64,000 nucleotides of DNA from an uncultured Planctomycetia bacterium (GTDB lineage Bacteria; Omnitrophota; Gorgyraeia; Tantalellales; Tantalellaceae): assembly GCA_964572255.1 (NCBI GenBank), contig CAZNEE010000001.1, positions 203,587 through 267,586 on the forward strand, read 5' to 3'. Below are positions 1 to 10,360 of the stretch, in pieces; the stretch's first letter is position 1, and each line of letters opens with the position of its first letter. The notes under the pieces were generated by a model. It ran no database searches, had not been told where the DNA came from, and worked only from the letters and a program-made list of their open reading frames with translations. Position numbers and translations under genes: made by a program.

Positions 1-8
1 ATTTTGCG

Positions 9-818
9 ATGTGTTTCATCTTTTCAATAGTCGCGTTTATCACGCTTAGCGCATTACTTGTTTTTATTTCAAGGAAAAAGATGTGGCAAAAAAGCGATAT
101 ATACGATGATTATGAGAAGTACATTTTTTATGATTTTAAACCCGGAGACAGGCCTCTTAAAACCGAAAACCTGGCCGAAATTGTTGAATCAGAGCTTGAA
201 ATAAGTCCGCTTGTCGATGTATTGGCGGAAGAAGATGTAAGGCTAAGGCGCGGCGCTATCAATATCATGAACAGACTTCCCAGAAAAGACGCCGTTAAGC
301 TCTTGATGACCTCTCTTAAGGACAGGAGTGTTGAGAACCGTTTTTATGCCGCTTCTGAATTATCAAGGATCGAGACCGAGCTCAATGACAATATCGTGCT
401 TGCTAAAAAAGATGTAGAGAGAACTCCTGAATCATCCGCTGCCCACTTATCACTTGCGAACAGTTATTCCGAATATTATGAGTGCGGCATACTTGATGAA
501 ATTACTGCTGGGTATTATCTTGATCTGGCTCTCGAAGAATACTATAAAGTGCTGGCCATGGACGGTGAAGACATAAAAGTTCTTAATTATCTGGCCAATC
601 TTGAGATCCATAAAAAAGAGTACGACAAAGCGCTGGCCAAATTCAAAAGGGTATGCGAGATGGATCCTGACAATGTTTATGCGAATGTCGGGATTATACA
701 GATCTTTTACGAAACCGGAGATATCGAAAAAGCGATAGAATATTCCAGAAGCATCATAAGCAAGATGCCTGAGACAAAAGGGCCGATTAGAGAGATAATA
801 GCTTACTGGGCATCGTAA
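9..818 (+). CDS. PelE-like membrane-anchored HEAT/TPR repeat protein (probably 5'-truncated by the window edge)
   Basis: N-terminal hydrophobic helix, then a HEAT-like segment (LRRGAINIM...RFYAASELSRI) and TPR-like C-terminus. The frame is open to the window start. It lies upstream of pelF/pelG. Confidence 0.6.
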   Translation: MCFIFSIVAFITLSALLVFISRKKMWQKSDIYDDYEKYIFYDFKPGDRPLKTENLAEIVESELEISPLVDVLAEEDVRLRRGAINIMNRLPRKDAVKLLMTSLKDRSVENRFYAASELSRIETELNDNIVLAKKDVERTPESSAAHLSLANSYSEYYECGILDEITAGYYLDLALEEYYKVLAMDGEDIKVLNYLANLEIHKKEYDKALAKFKRVCEMDPDNVYANVGIIQIFYETGDIEKAIEYSRSIISKMPETKGPIREIIAYWAS

Positions 819-855
819 ATATTAGGCGGGAAAAGGGAATAAGAAGGAAAAAGAG

Positions 856-2202
856 ATGGCAAATGTACAGCAAGTAAAAAGGATAATAGAAGATCTCAAA
901 AATCCAAGAGCGTATTTCCGAAGCAAGGCTATAGAGAACTTGATGGCCATAACCGATGCTTCGCTCATTCCTGAGATGTCAAGACTTTTTTCTAAAGAGC
1001 CTGACTTTGTTAAGATACAATTCTGCAGGTTTTTAGGCAGGATCAGAGGCGAGCTTGCCGTTCCTCCTTTAGTGATACTTCTCTTGGATAAGAGCGAAAA
1101 GATCGCACAGGAAGCGGCAAATGCTCTTGACAGAATAGATAACGACAGAAAAACGGAAGCCATGATGCTTATTTTGAAGAGAGGCAACCATTTTTCTAAA
1201 ATTTATGCAATAAAAGCACTGGGGCAAGGGCGAAAAATTAAAGCTGTACCCGTCTTGATAAAATTACTTCCAAGCGGAGGGCCGGATATCAAAGAAGCTG
1301 CGGTAGAAGCTTTGAGATTGATAGGCGATCCTTCAGCTATCGGTCCGCTTCTCAAGCTATTGGATGAGAAGAACGAACGCGTGATTTATAATCTGCTTTT
1401 TGCCCTGGGAGAAATGGGAGAGCAAAAGGCAGCTCCCGATATAATGAAATTTCTCTCACACCACGACCAATATATAAGAAAAGCCGCAGTATGGGCGCTC
1501 GGTAAGCTTGGATATCGAAAAGCTATCCCCAAATTAATACAAATACTTAGGTATGACGAGAGCGAGATAGTAAGAGAAGAGGCCGCCAAAAGGCTCGGAC
1601 AGATCGGACGTGCGGAAGTTGTAAAACCTTTACTGTATTCCAAAGTTTTTGATAAGGCTCATAACGTTATGGTTTACTCCGATTGGGCGCTATCTGATAT
1701 GTCCGCTGAAAATAAAGTGGGGACATTGCTTAAACTGACCGATGAAAAAGATGAGACATTGAGGGGACAAGCGTTTTTAGAGATAGCCAAAATAAGCAAT
1801 ATTAAGTTCCTTAAATTCTTAAGGATAGCTTTGAGCGAGGATAAAAGTGAATATACGAGGACTTGTATAGCGGAAGGCCTGGGATTCATGAATATCCCTG
1901 AAGTTAAAAATATTCTTAAAAATTTACTAAAAGATACAACGCCTGTTCGAAGAAAAGCGGCTGATTCGCTTTTGCGTGTTGCCACATCTGAAGATAGCGA
2001 ATTGGCTGCAAATATGGTTCAGGGAGCACTTTGTGATGACTCGTATATAAGAGAAATAGGCATAAAAATAATAGAAAAGATCTACAGGGATTCTTTTGTC
2101 CCGGAAGACATAATGGAGCTTTTAAAAGGTTTAGTCGCGGGACAGGACGAGGCAATAAAAAAAGCGGCTGAAGAAGCTATCAGCAAGCTTAATGTTAAAT
2201 AG
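856..2202 (+). CDS. HEAT/PBS-lyase-type repeat protein
   Basis: Many tandem repeats of the form IRKAAVWALGKLGYRKAIPKLIQIL; AAGGA RBS upstream. Confidence 0.85.
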   Translation: MANVQQVKRIIEDLKNPRAYFRSKAIENLMAITDASLIPEMSRLFSKEPDFVKIQFCRFLGRIRGELAVPPLVILLLDKSEKIAQEAANALDRIDNDRKTEAMMLILKRGNHFSKIYAIKALGQGRKIKAVPVLIKLLPSGGPDIKEAAVEALRLIGDPSAIGPLLKLLDEKNERVIYNLLFALGEMGEQKAAPDIMKFLSHHDQYIRKAAVWALGKLGYRKAIPKLIQILRYDESEIVREEAAKRLGQIGRAEVVKPLLYSKVFDKAHNVMVYSDWALSDMSAENKVGTLLKLTDEKDETLRGQAFLEIAKISNIKFLKFLRIALSEDKSEYTRTCIAEGLGFMNIPEVKNILKNLLKDTTPVRRKAADSLLRVATSEDSELAANMVQGALCDDSYIREIGIKIIEKIYRDSFVPEDIMELLKGLVAGQDEAIKKAAEEAISKLNVK

Positions 2203-2223
2203 GCAGAGGTTTATAATCAGATC

Positions 2224-3696
2224 ATGAAAACAGATGTCTGTTTTATTCTAGAAGGAACATATCCATATGTATATGGAGGTGTGTCAAATTGGATCCACAA
2301 CCTTGTGACTTCACTGGGCGATCTTAAGTTCTCCATAATACATGTTTCTGCAACCGGTGATACCATAAGAACGCCCAAGTATGAGATCCCGGATAATATA
2401 GTGGAATTCAAGGAGATCTTTGTACATGATTATAAGATCGAAAAGGGTAGGACCAGGGGCAGCAAGAGAGAAGGCTGGAGAGCTATACGTGAGTTTTATG
2501 ACGCTTTGGGAAGTAACGATCTATCAAAATTCACAGATGTCTATAAGCAGGTTATTGATAAAAATACGCGCTCACTGAATGCGTATGACCTGATGAATTC
2601 TGATCAGGCATGGAAAATGATGACCAGGCTTTACCAGGATTATGCGCCGGATGTGTCGTTTGTGGATTTTTATTGGACAATTAAATTTATACATAGCCCT
2701 CTTCTGAACTTGGTCGATGTTGAGATCCCAGAGGCAAATGTATTTCACACGGTTTGTACCGGCTATGCGGGATTGTTGTCTGTTATCGCGAAAATGAAGA
2801 GGCAGAAGCCGCTTTTATTGACAGAGCACGGTATATATACCCATGAAAGGAAGATAGAGATCTCAAAGGCCAAGTGGATCCATTCGGAGGAAGACAAGAT
2901 AATGAGAGCCACGAGAACACTGGGGTTTTTCAAGGAAGCCTGGATCAAGAAGTTCGAAACTTTAAGCAAACTTACATATGATTATGCTGATAAAATCGTT
3001 ACCTTATTTGAAGGCAATAGAAAAATGCAGATAGAGGGGGGAGCTGATCCGTCGAAGATATCTATTATACCGAACGGCGTTGATGTCTTGGAAGAGCAGC
3101 TGACCTTACATAGGGAAAAGGAAACAACAAAGAATATAGGATTTATCGGCCGTGTTGTCTCGATCAAGGACGTAAAAATATTTATAAGGGCAATGAAAAT
3201 ACTCAAAGAGAGGATGAAAGATATAAAGGTCTTTATACTTGGTTCAGGAGACGAAGAACCGGAATATTTTAACGAATGTAAAACTCTTACCCAGATGCTT
3301 CAACTTGAGGATAATATCACTTTTACAGGAAATGTTAATGTTGAGGATTATTATCCCATGCTGGATGCTGTTGTTCTTACGAGTATAAGTGAAGGGCAGC
3401 CTCTTACTATTCTGGAAGCCATGAGTTACGGTATACCGATAGTAGCTTCCGATGTCGGTGCATGCAGGGAACTTATTTACGGGAAAGATGAAGATGATAG
3501 AAATCTTGGGGAGGCCGGCATCTTGACGAATATAGGCAGCCCCCATGAAACGGCCGGCGCTATAATGTCTATTTTGCAGAACAAGGACTTATATCAAAAA
3601 ATGTCAGAGACTGGTGTTACGAGAATAAAAAAATATTACAGAAAAGAAAACACGATAAATTCGTACAGAGAGCTCTATGAATCATTGTTACGATAG
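2224..3696 (+). CDS. pelF: GT4 glycosyltransferase PelF
   Basis: N-terminal EGTYPYVYGGVSNWI motif, TEHGIYTHERKIEI, and GT4 EX7E motif (SEGQPLTILEA); adjacent to pelG. Confidence 0.9.
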   Translation: MKTDVCFILEGTYPYVYGGVSNWIHNLVTSLGDLKFSIIHVSATGDTIRTPKYEIPDNIVEFKEIFVHDYKIEKGRTRGSKREGWRAIREFYDALGSNDLSKFTDVYKQVIDKNTRSLNAYDLMNSDQAWKMMTRLYQDYAPDVSFVDFYWTIKFIHSPLLNLVDVEIPEANVFHTVCTGYAGLLSVIAKMKRQKPLLLTEHGIYTHERKIEISKAKWIHSEEDKIMRATRTLGFFKEAWIKKFETLSKLTYDYADKIVTLFEGNRKMQIEGGADPSKISIIPNGVDVLEEQLTLHREKETTKNIGFIGRVVSIKDVKIFIRAMKILKERMKDIKVFILGSGDEEPEYFNECKTLTQMLQLEDNITFTGNVNVEDYYPMLDAVVLTSISEGQPLTILEAMSYGIPIVASDVGACRELIYGKDEDDRNLGEAGILTNIGSPHETAGAIMSILQNKDLYQKMSETGVTRIKKYYRKENTINSYRELYESLLR

Positions 3697-3744
3697 CAAG
3701 GTGATGCATCACGGTATAAAATCCAGAAAAAGTACGGAGAGGTA

Positions 3745-5151
3745 ATGGCAGGAATAGGTTTTGAACTAAAAAAAATGATGGATGAAGATACGTTCTCCAG
3801 TAACTTCAAGGCGTATCTGGTTGCCGGAATAATTTCCGCGGGACCCTGGGCGATCTCTATTTTTTGCCTGGGACTCTTATGGATGTTTTCCATTCCGCAT
3901 TTAGGTCTAGCATCACAGAAACTTTTCCGTACAACGGTGATCTATACCTATGCGTATTCTTTGATCACAACAGGCGCTATCCAGCTTGTTGTAACGCGTT
4001 TTCTTGCTGACAGGCTGTTCTTGAGGCAGAAGAATATCTTTCTTCCCACTTATGCCGGACTGATGCTATTCACGATAGTTTTTCAAGGGGCAACCGCGTT
4101 AATATTTTACTCGTTTTCCGATATAGATGTTAACTATAAGATCATAGGGGTGATCCTGTATATTGCGGTAAGCTGTATATGGCAGACGATGATCTTCCTT
4201 AGCGCGGCCAGGGATTTTTGGGGCATAGTAAGCGCGTTTTTCTGGGGGTCTTTTACGAGTTTTGTCATGGCCATATTTTTAGGCAAGCATTTCGGTTTTA
4301 ACGGCCATCTTCTGGGTTTTACAATAGGACAATCGCTTATCGTCATACTTTTGATGTACAGGATATTTTGCGAATTTGATTCTCCCTTGATATGTAATTT
4401 TCAATTTTTAAGAGAGGTCCCCAGATATTTTTCACTTTTACTCCTGGGCATATTTTATTACCTTGCGATCTGGATCGACAAGATAATTTACTGGTATTCC
4501 GCCTCCGGAGAACATATCGGGCCGCTTTTTTACTCACATTATCCTTATGACAGCTGCATGTTTCTGGCCTTTCTTACCATAATTCCCGCTCTTGCGCATT
4601 TCATGATAGATATGGAAACATCCTTTTATGACAAATACAAGGGGTTTTACGGCGCGATAGTCAACAAGGGATCCTTATTGGAAATAAGGAAAAAGAAAGC
4701 CGAAATAACCAAAGTTATCCGTGAATCCGCGGCACGGCTGTTAGTTCTGCAGACCCTTATTACGGGAGTATTTGTATTTTTTGCTCCGTCATTTATAGAA
4801 GCGATCGGTTTAAGGGAAGAACATATACCGGTGCTTAGAGCGGCAGGCATAGGAGCATTTTTTCATGTGTTCTTGCTCGTAACACTGATCATTATTCTCT
4901 ATTTTGACCGTAAACGCGCGGCTGTCTTTGTCGGGCTTTCGTTTTTGGTAACAAATGCTTTATTCACTTTGGGGATTATAAAATATGCTCCGGAATACAT
5001 GGGGTGGGGTTATGCTTCGGCAGCATTTTTTTCCTTCCTATTGGCGTTTATTTTATCATTATGGAATACTACTAATATCGAACGTTTGACGTTTGTCGAA
5101 CAGCCGATAGAGACTCCAAAGCTCCCCAGAGAAGCTTCAGAAAGTGAATGA
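3745..5151 (+). CDS. pelG: Pel exopolysaccharide transporter PelG
   Basis: Characteristic MAGIGFELKK N-terminus, AGPW motif, multiple TM helices, WIDK and ETSFY motifs. Confidence 0.9.
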   Translation: MAGIGFELKKMMDEDTFSSNFKAYLVAGIISAGPWAISIFCLGLLWMFSIPHLGLASQKLFRTTVIYTYAYSLITTGAIQLVVTRFLADRLFLRQKNIFLPTYAGLMLFTIVFQGATALIFYSFSDIDVNYKIIGVILYIAVSCIWQTMIFLSAARDFWGIVSAFFWGSFTSFVMAIFLGKHFGFNGHLLGFTIGQSLIVILLMYRIFCEFDSPLICNFQFLREVPRYFSLLLLGIFYYLAIWIDKIIYWYSASGEHIGPLFYSHYPYDSCMFLAFLTIIPALAHFMIDMETSFYDKYKGFYGAIVNKGSLLEIRKKKAEITKVIRESAARLLVLQTLITGVFVFFAPSFIEAIGLREEHIPVLRAAGIGAFFHVFLLVTLIIILYFDRKRAAVFVGLSFLVTNALFTLGIIKYAPEYMGWGYASAAFFSFLLAFILSLWNTTNIERLTFVEQPIETPKLPREASESE

Positions 5152-5234
5152 TAAACATAATTCGCATACTGCCTTCAAAAACATTTTTATCTGATCTTAA
5201 TGATTCATTTTATTGTGGAAATTTAAGTAAAATC

Positions 5235-5243
5235 TGTTATAAT
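5235..5243 (+). promoter_or_regulatory. Extended -10 promoter (TGnTATAAT)
   Basis: TGTTATAAT about 20 bp upstream of the REC-GGDEF start; AGAGG RBS follows. Confidence 0.5.
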
Positions 5244-5262
5244 AATAAAGAGGTAGTTTTCG

Positions 5263-6126
5263 ATGAATAAAGGAAAAATCCTTATAGCGGACGATGAGTT
5301 AAATCTTGTTGATATCTTGGAAAAGATGTTAATGAGAGAAGGTTATGAAGTCTTTAAATCTTCGAACGGCGAGGAAGTGCTTGAAATAGTAGATGATCTC
5401 ATGCCGGATCTTATCCTTCTGGATATTAACATGCCTGTCAAGAACGGTTTCGAGGTAAAAACAAAACTTAATGAAAAAACATCCACAGCAAGCATCCCGG
5501 TAATATTCCTCACCGGCAGGGGCGATCTGTCCGATAGAGTGGAAGGCCTTAATTTAGGGGTTGATGATTATATAACTAAACCTTTCCAATTGGAAGAACT
5601 GCGCGCAAGAGTTCTTTCTGTTCTGAAGCGCAGGAAGTTTTATGAAGAGATATCCATGACCGACGGGCTTACCGGATTACGCAACGTGAATTTTTTCAAT
5701 GAACAGATCGGCATATTTTTCAGTTTAGCCAAAAGATATAACCGCCTGTTCTCGCTTGCCGTGATCGATGTAAATGATTTCAAGAAGATCAACGATACGC
5801 ACGGGCATTCAGGGGGAGACTTCGCTTTAAGGAAATTATCGGAAGTCATGAAAGAGACGTTCAGAAAATCTGATATCATTACCAGATACGGCGGCGATGA
5901 ATTTATTGTGATCCTTCCTGAGGTAGATCAAAATCAAGCAGAAAGAGCGCTGAAAAGGGTAAAGGATAAGGTGAACGGCAAAGAGTTCCTGATGGAAGAC
6001 ACCGAAAAAAGAATATCCTTTTCAATAAGCGCAGGCACGGCCTCCTTTAATGAAAAATTCGAGAACGAAACACAGCTTTTCGACGAAGCCGATGCCAACA
6101 TGTATAAGGATAAAGAGAATAAATAA
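5263..6126 (+). CDS. Response-regulator diguanylate cyclase (REC + GGDEF)
   Basis: Receiver domain (ILIADDE, LLDINMP, KPF), intact RYGGDEF and RKSD I-site. Confidence 0.92.
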   Translation: MNKGKILIADDELNLVDILEKMLMREGYEVFKSSNGEEVLEIVDDLMPDLILLDINMPVKNGFEVKTKLNEKTSTASIPVIFLTGRGDLSDRVEGLNLGVDDYITKPFQLEELRARVLSVLKRRKFYEEISMTDGLTGLRNVNFFNEQIGIFFSLAKRYNRLFSLAVIDVNDFKKINDTHGHSGGDFALRKLSEVMKETFRKSDIITRYGGDEFIVILPEVDQNQAERALKRVKDKVNGKEFLMEDTEKRISFSISAGTASFNEKFENETQLFDEADANMYKDKENK

Positions 6127-6192
6127 TCCTGCCCAATATTGTCTTTTCACACATATCATTCTGCAAATATTATAAATTCCGTTCGAATTTGA

Positions 6193-6277
6193 AATTAAGA
6201 GTACAGTATGCTTCCTACCAGGGCCCCTCCGCCCGGTGTGGATCCTCCCTGTACGGAACCATACTGCACTCTTAGTT
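6193..6277. other. Long hairpin with a GC-rich core, possible structured ncRNA
   Basis: TAAGAGTACAGTATGCTTCC (6196-6215) pairs 18/20 with GGAACCATACTGCACTCTTA (6255-6274); inner CAGGG/CCCTG stem. Confidence 0.5.
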
Positions 6278-6278
6278 A

Positions 6279-6308
6279 TTGATCCATAACTTTAATTGTA
6301 TCTATAAT
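6279..6308 (+). promoter_or_regulatory. Sigma70-type promoter overlapped by an 18-bp palindrome
   Basis: TTGATC-N18-TATAAT upstream of the alanine dehydrogenase gene; AGTTATTGATCCATAACT (6274-6291) is a dyad with one mismatched pair. Confidence 0.55.
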
Positions 6309-6342
6309 CCTCTTATGTTAGAATACACAAAAAGTCGAGGTC

Positions 6343-7335
6343 ATGATGATGTACGCCGGGACATTAATACTGTCCAGAAAAACAATAGAACATATAATTG
6401 ATATAAGTGAAGCGGTCAAGGCCGTGGAGAGCGCTTTCAGGGAATATGGACTGGGCAGGGTGCAGATGCCGGCAAAGATATATCTCCACCTTGATAAATA
6501 TGAGGGCGATTTCAGGGCGATGCCGGCATATATAGAAAAATTGGACAAGTGTGTCCTTAAATGGGTAAATGTCCATCCAAAGAATAAGAAATTCGGATTG
6601 CCCGCAGTAATGGCTGTTATTATTTTAAGCGATCCAAAGACCGCACTGCCTTTATGCATCATGGACGGGACTTACGCGACAAATCTGCGCACCGGGGCGG
6701 CTGGGGGCGTGGCCGCTAAATATCTGGCAAGGAAAAATTCAAAAATAGTCGGATTAGTGGGATGCGGAGCCCAGGCGAAGACCCAGCTCCAGGCCTTAAG
6801 AGGACTCTTCAAAATAAAAGAAGTAAAAGTATGGGGCCATAAGGCGTCTTATGTTGAAGAGTTCTTAAAAGACATGAAAAAGACAAATCTGAAACTGACT
6901 GTCGCCAGGGATGTAAAAGAATGTGTTAAGAATTGCGATATAATCGTTACTACAACACCTTCCAGAAAACCGATCGTGAAAGCAAAATGGCTTAAAAAGG
7001 GCGTTCATATAAATGCGATCGGAGCCGATGCTAAAGGCAAACAGGAGCTTGAACCCGCTGTTTTAAAGAAGGCTAAAGTCGTTGTGGATGCATGGGAACA
7101 AGCCTCTCATAGCGGGGAGATAAACGTACCGGTGAGAAAAAAACTCATAACAAGGAAAGATATTCATGCTGATATCGGCCAGATCATTGCGGGAAAGAAA
7201 AAAGGGAGGACAGGCGAGGACGAGATAACGGTTTTTGATTCGACCGGCCTGGCCATACAGGATGTGGCTGTGGCCGATCTTATTTACAGGACAGCTGCTA
7301 AAAAGAAAATAGGCAAGAAAATCAAAATAATCTAA
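6343..7335 (+). CDS. ala: Alanine dehydrogenase, archaeal type (ornithine cyclodeaminase/mu-crystallin family)
   Basis: [23 protein letters not shown], Rossmann GCGAQA and [10 protein letters not shown] motifs. Confidence 0.85.
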   Translation: MMMYAGTLILSRKTIEHIIDISEAVKAVESAFREYGLGRVQMPAKIYLHLDKYEGDFRAMPAYIEKLDKCVLKWVNVHPKNKKFGLPAVMAVIILSDPKTALPLCIMDGTYATNLRTGAAGGVAAKYLARKNSKIVGLVGCGAQAKTQLQALRGLFKIKEVKVWGHKASYVEEFLKDMKKTNLKLTVARDVKECVKNCDIIVTTTPSRKPIVKAKWLKKGVHINAIGADAKGKQELEPAVLKKAKVVVDAWEQASHSGEINVPVRKKLITRKDIHADIGQIIAGKKKGRTGEDEITVFDSTGLAIQDVAVADLIYRTAAKKKIGKKIKII

Positions 7336-7383
7336 AAGATAAAAATGGGGACAACAATTATCTCTATTTTTTAAGATAAAGAC

Positions 7384-8787
7384 ATGAAAAGGTTCCGTAA
7401 GATCAATAGCGGTATAACTGAAGGTGGGTTGAAGTCTTCACTTTGGAGATTGGCTATGCCTATGATCGTGGGAGCCATCCTGCACGATTTATTCACATTA
7501 GCGGATCTCTTTTTTGTGGGCCGTTTAGGGTACTTAGCGGTGGCGGCTTTATCTATTTCCGGTGTTATTATCGCAATGATAATAATGGTGGCGATAGGTA
7601 TATCCGTGGGAACAACAGCTTTAATAGCTCATTTTATGGGAAAGAAAGATTATGAATCGGCGGATAATGTTCTTTTTCAGACTGTTATCGTTAGCGTTAT
7701 TTGCTCTTTGGGGATGGTCCTTATAGGTCTCTTTGGTACAACCGGGCTGCTTCGCATGTTCGGCGCCAGCCCTGAGATCATCCCTGCCGCATCTGAATAT
7801 TTGAAAATAAGTTTTATCTGGTCTATTTTTATATTTCTTTTTATCGGTTTTGACCAGGCCTTGAGAGGTTCCGGAGACGCCATTGTCCCCCTGAAAGTTC
7901 TTATTCTGGCCAATGTGCTTAATATTGCTCTCGATCCATTGCTTATTTTCGGCTTAGGATTTTTCCCGAGAATGGGAGTTGCCGGATCTGCAGCAGCCAC
8001 TGTTATTAGCCGACTGATCGGAGTAATTGTTCTTTTCAGACATTTTTTCTATGGACATTCAAGCTTGCATTTTCATAAACGTATTTTAAGGGTCAATTTT
8101 CCGATTATAGGCAGAATGGTTAAGATCGGGTTTTTTGCTTCTTTGGAAGTACTGTTACGCCAATTGTCACTTCTTATGCTTCTTCGTCTTGTTACATCTT
8201 TCGGAGCGGCATGTTTGGCTGCCTTTGGTATAGCTATCCGGCTCAGAATGGCTGTTATGATGCTCGGATTTGGGATGGGATCTGCCTCATCGGTGTTAAT
8301 CGGACAGAATATGGGCGCAAGTCACCCCGATAGGGCTATGCAATCCGGGAAAGAGGCGTTAAAATATTATGAGTTGATCGTTATACCGATAGCGGTGGCA
8401 TTTTTTATTTTTTCACCAAATTTGATAAAGGTTTTCAGCAGTTATCCCGATGTTGTCAGGATAGGAAGCAGTTTCCTGAGGTTTATTGCTGTTACGCTTC
8501 CGTTTTTAGCTTTAGCTCTTATCCTGGGCAGAGGTATATCCGGGGCGGGTGATACGATCGCTCCGGCAGCGATGACAGGTATTGTGCAGTTGGGGTTACG
8601 TATTCCGGTTGCTTATCTGTTGGCCCTTGTTTTTAGTCTAGGTACTAATGGCATATGGCTCGGGATCAATGCCTCGGATGTTTGTCAAGGGTTAGCGATG
8701 TTATGGTATTTCAGACAGGGGTATTGGCAGAAAAGATATCATAAACATCGCTCTATTTTGGAGCAGGAGACTTTAATTGTTGCTTAA
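7384..8787 (+). CDS. MATE family efflux transporter
   Basis: LAMPMI...DLFFVGRLG, NIALDPLLIFG...MGVAGSA and GQNMGA motifs; about 12 TM helices. Confidence 0.9.
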   Translation: MKRFRKINSGITEGGLKSSLWRLAMPMIVGAILHDLFTLADLFFVGRLGYLAVAALSISGVIIAMIIMVAIGISVGTTALIAHFMGKKDYESADNVLFQTVIVSVICSLGMVLIGLFGTTGLLRMFGASPEIIPAASEYLKISFIWSIFIFLFIGFDQALRGSGDAIVPLKVLILANVLNIALDPLLIFGLGFFPRMGVAGSAAATVISRLIGVIVLFRHFFYGHSSLHFHKRILRVNFPIIGRMVKIGFFASLEVLLRQLSLLMLLRLVTSFGAACLAAFGIAIRLRMAVMMLGFGMGSASSVLIGQNMGASHPDRAMQSGKEALKYYELIVIPIAVAFFIFSPNLIKVFSSYPDVVRIGSSFLRFIAVTLPFLALALILGRGISGAGDTIAPAAMTGIVQLGLRIPVAYLLALVFSLGTNGIWLGINASDVCQGLAMLWYFRQGYWQKRYHKHRSILEQETLIVA

Positions 8788-8905
8788 TGGAAAACAATAG
8801 GAAATATATTAATTATCAGGGGAAATCGAGTAAAGGAACAGCAGATGTAAGATCGAATTTTAATATATATGGCGGAAACAGATATTTTGTTTAAGGAGGA
8901 GTATT

Positions 8906-10252
8906 GTGGAAAATAGAACAGATATTTTGATAATTGGGGCAGGGCCAGCAGGCATGGTTAGCGCCGTGACAGCACGGAAATATTATCCTGATAAAAAGAT
9001 TACAGTCTTGAAAAGCATAGAGAACGGTGTGATACCGTGTGGCATACCCTATATGTTTTCAAGTTTACAGGACCCCGATGACAATAAATTGGGCACGGCG
9101 CCTTTGGAAAAGCTCGGCATTGAGATCATATTTGACGAAGCGGTCGCAATAGACAGGACCCTTAAGATGGTCGAAGGGCGGTCAGGGGATAAATATTCTT
9201 ACGAAAAGATAGTTCTGGCGCTGGGGTCTAATCCGATTGTGCCCGGGATACCGGGTATAGAGAAGAAAGGGATTTTCTCCGCTTATAAGGATATGGAATA
9301 CCTTAAGCCCTCTATAGAGGAAATAAAGAATGGGAAAGATATTCTAATACTCGGCGGCGGTTTTATAGGCGTGGAGTTCGCCGATGAAATCTCTAAAATC
9401 CCGGGGATTAAAGTCCACTTGGTTGAATTGCTACCGCATCTTTTAGCGCATTCTTTTGACAAGGAATTTTCCGATTTAGTTGAAGAAAGATTAAGATCAA
9501 AAGGCGTTGATATTCTGCTGAATAAGCGCGTTATGGAATTTCTGGGAAAAGAAAGAGTTGAGGCGGTCCGTTTTGAAAACGGTGACAAGCTTAAGGCTGA
9601 CAGCGTTGTCTTGGGGATAGGCACTGTGCCGAGCACGGACCTAGCCAGGGATGCTGGATTGGATCTCGGTAAGGGGAAAGGCATATGGGTGGATGAGTAC
9701 ATGCGGACGGTCGATTCCGACATTTTCGCGGTGGGCGACTGCGCCGGTAAAAGGGATTTTTATACCCGTAAGGACGCGCCTGTCATGCTTGCCTCAACCG
9801 CGACCGCCGAGGCCAGAATAGCGGGGGCGAATCTCTATCAGCTTAAGGTGATAAGGGAGAATAAAGGCACGATTGCCATATATTCAACTTATGTAGACGG
9901 TCTGGCCCTGGGGTCGGCCGGTCTTACCGAAAACAGCGCGAAAAGAGAAGGTTTTGAGATAATAACGGGAAGCACCGAGGGCGTCGACAAGCATCCCAAA
10001 AATCTGCCCGGTGTAAATAAGGTAAAGGTTAAATTGATCTTTTCCAAGCAGTCGGGGATACTTATGGGCGGCCAGGCGGCCGGCGGTATTTCGGCCGGAG
10101 AGACCATAAACGTTATAGGTCTTGCTATCCAGCAGAGGATATCAGTTACCGAACTTGAGACGCTGCAGATGGCCACGCATCCTTATTTAACAAGCGCGCC
10201 CACCATGTATCCGATAGTCTTGGCGGCGCAGGACGCGTCCGGAAAGATGTAA
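8906..10252 (+). CDS. FAD-dependent NAD(P)H oxidase / CoA-disulfide reductase family protein
   Basis: GAGPAG FAD motif, redox Cys in PCGIPY, GGGFIGVE NAD motif, IFAVGDCA; GTG start after AAGGAGG. Confidence 0.85.
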   Translation: MENRTDILIIGAGPAGMVSAVTARKYYPDKKITVLKSIENGVIPCGIPYMFSSLQDPDDNKLGTAPLEKLGIEIIFDEAVAIDRTLKMVEGRSGDKYSYEKIVLALGSNPIVPGIPGIEKKGIFSAYKDMEYLKPSIEEIKNGKDILILGGGFIGVEFADEISKIPGIKVHLVELLPHLLAHSFDKEFSDLVEERLRSKGVDILLNKRVMEFLGKERVEAVRFENGDKLKADSVVLGIGTVPSTDLARDAGLDLGKGKGIWVDEYMRTVDSDIFAVGDCAGKRDFYTRKDAPVMLASTATAEARIAGANLYQLKVIRENKGTIAIYSTYVDGLALGSAGLTENSAKREGFEIITGSTEGVDKHPKNLPGVNKVKVKLIFSKQSGILMGGQAAGGISAGETINVIGLAIQQRISVTELETLQMATHPYLTSAPTMYPIVLAAQDASGKM

Positions 10253-10267
10253 CTAGGAGGTAATAAC

Positions 10268-10360
10268 TTGCAGAGAAAAGTCTTCATCAGGACTTTCGGA
10301 TGTCAGATGGAAGCGTTATTGCATGTCGGTTTTACATTTCTTGGAGGGAATGTACAGTGA
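10268..10360 (+). pseudogene. Orphan miaB 5' fragment 1 (MQRKVFIRTFGCQM, then an unrelated tail to a stop)
   Basis: TTG start 7 nt after AGGAGG; the first 14 codons match the MiaB N-terminus MSKKVYLRTFGCQM at 15405. Confidence 0.85.

Noticed and set aside
6193-6277. SRP RNA, tRNA, 6S RNA or attC identity for the hairpin
   Set aside because: No SRP helix-8 motif, no cloverleaf, no convincing 6S closing stem and no attC core boxes; kept only as an unassigned hairpin.
8787-8894. 35-aa ORF (MENNRKYINY...) between the MATE and oxidoreductase genes
   Set aside because: It is coupled by TAATG but has no recognisable motif, no MiaB-like start and no arm sequence, so it cannot be supported as a gene or as a fifth junction.
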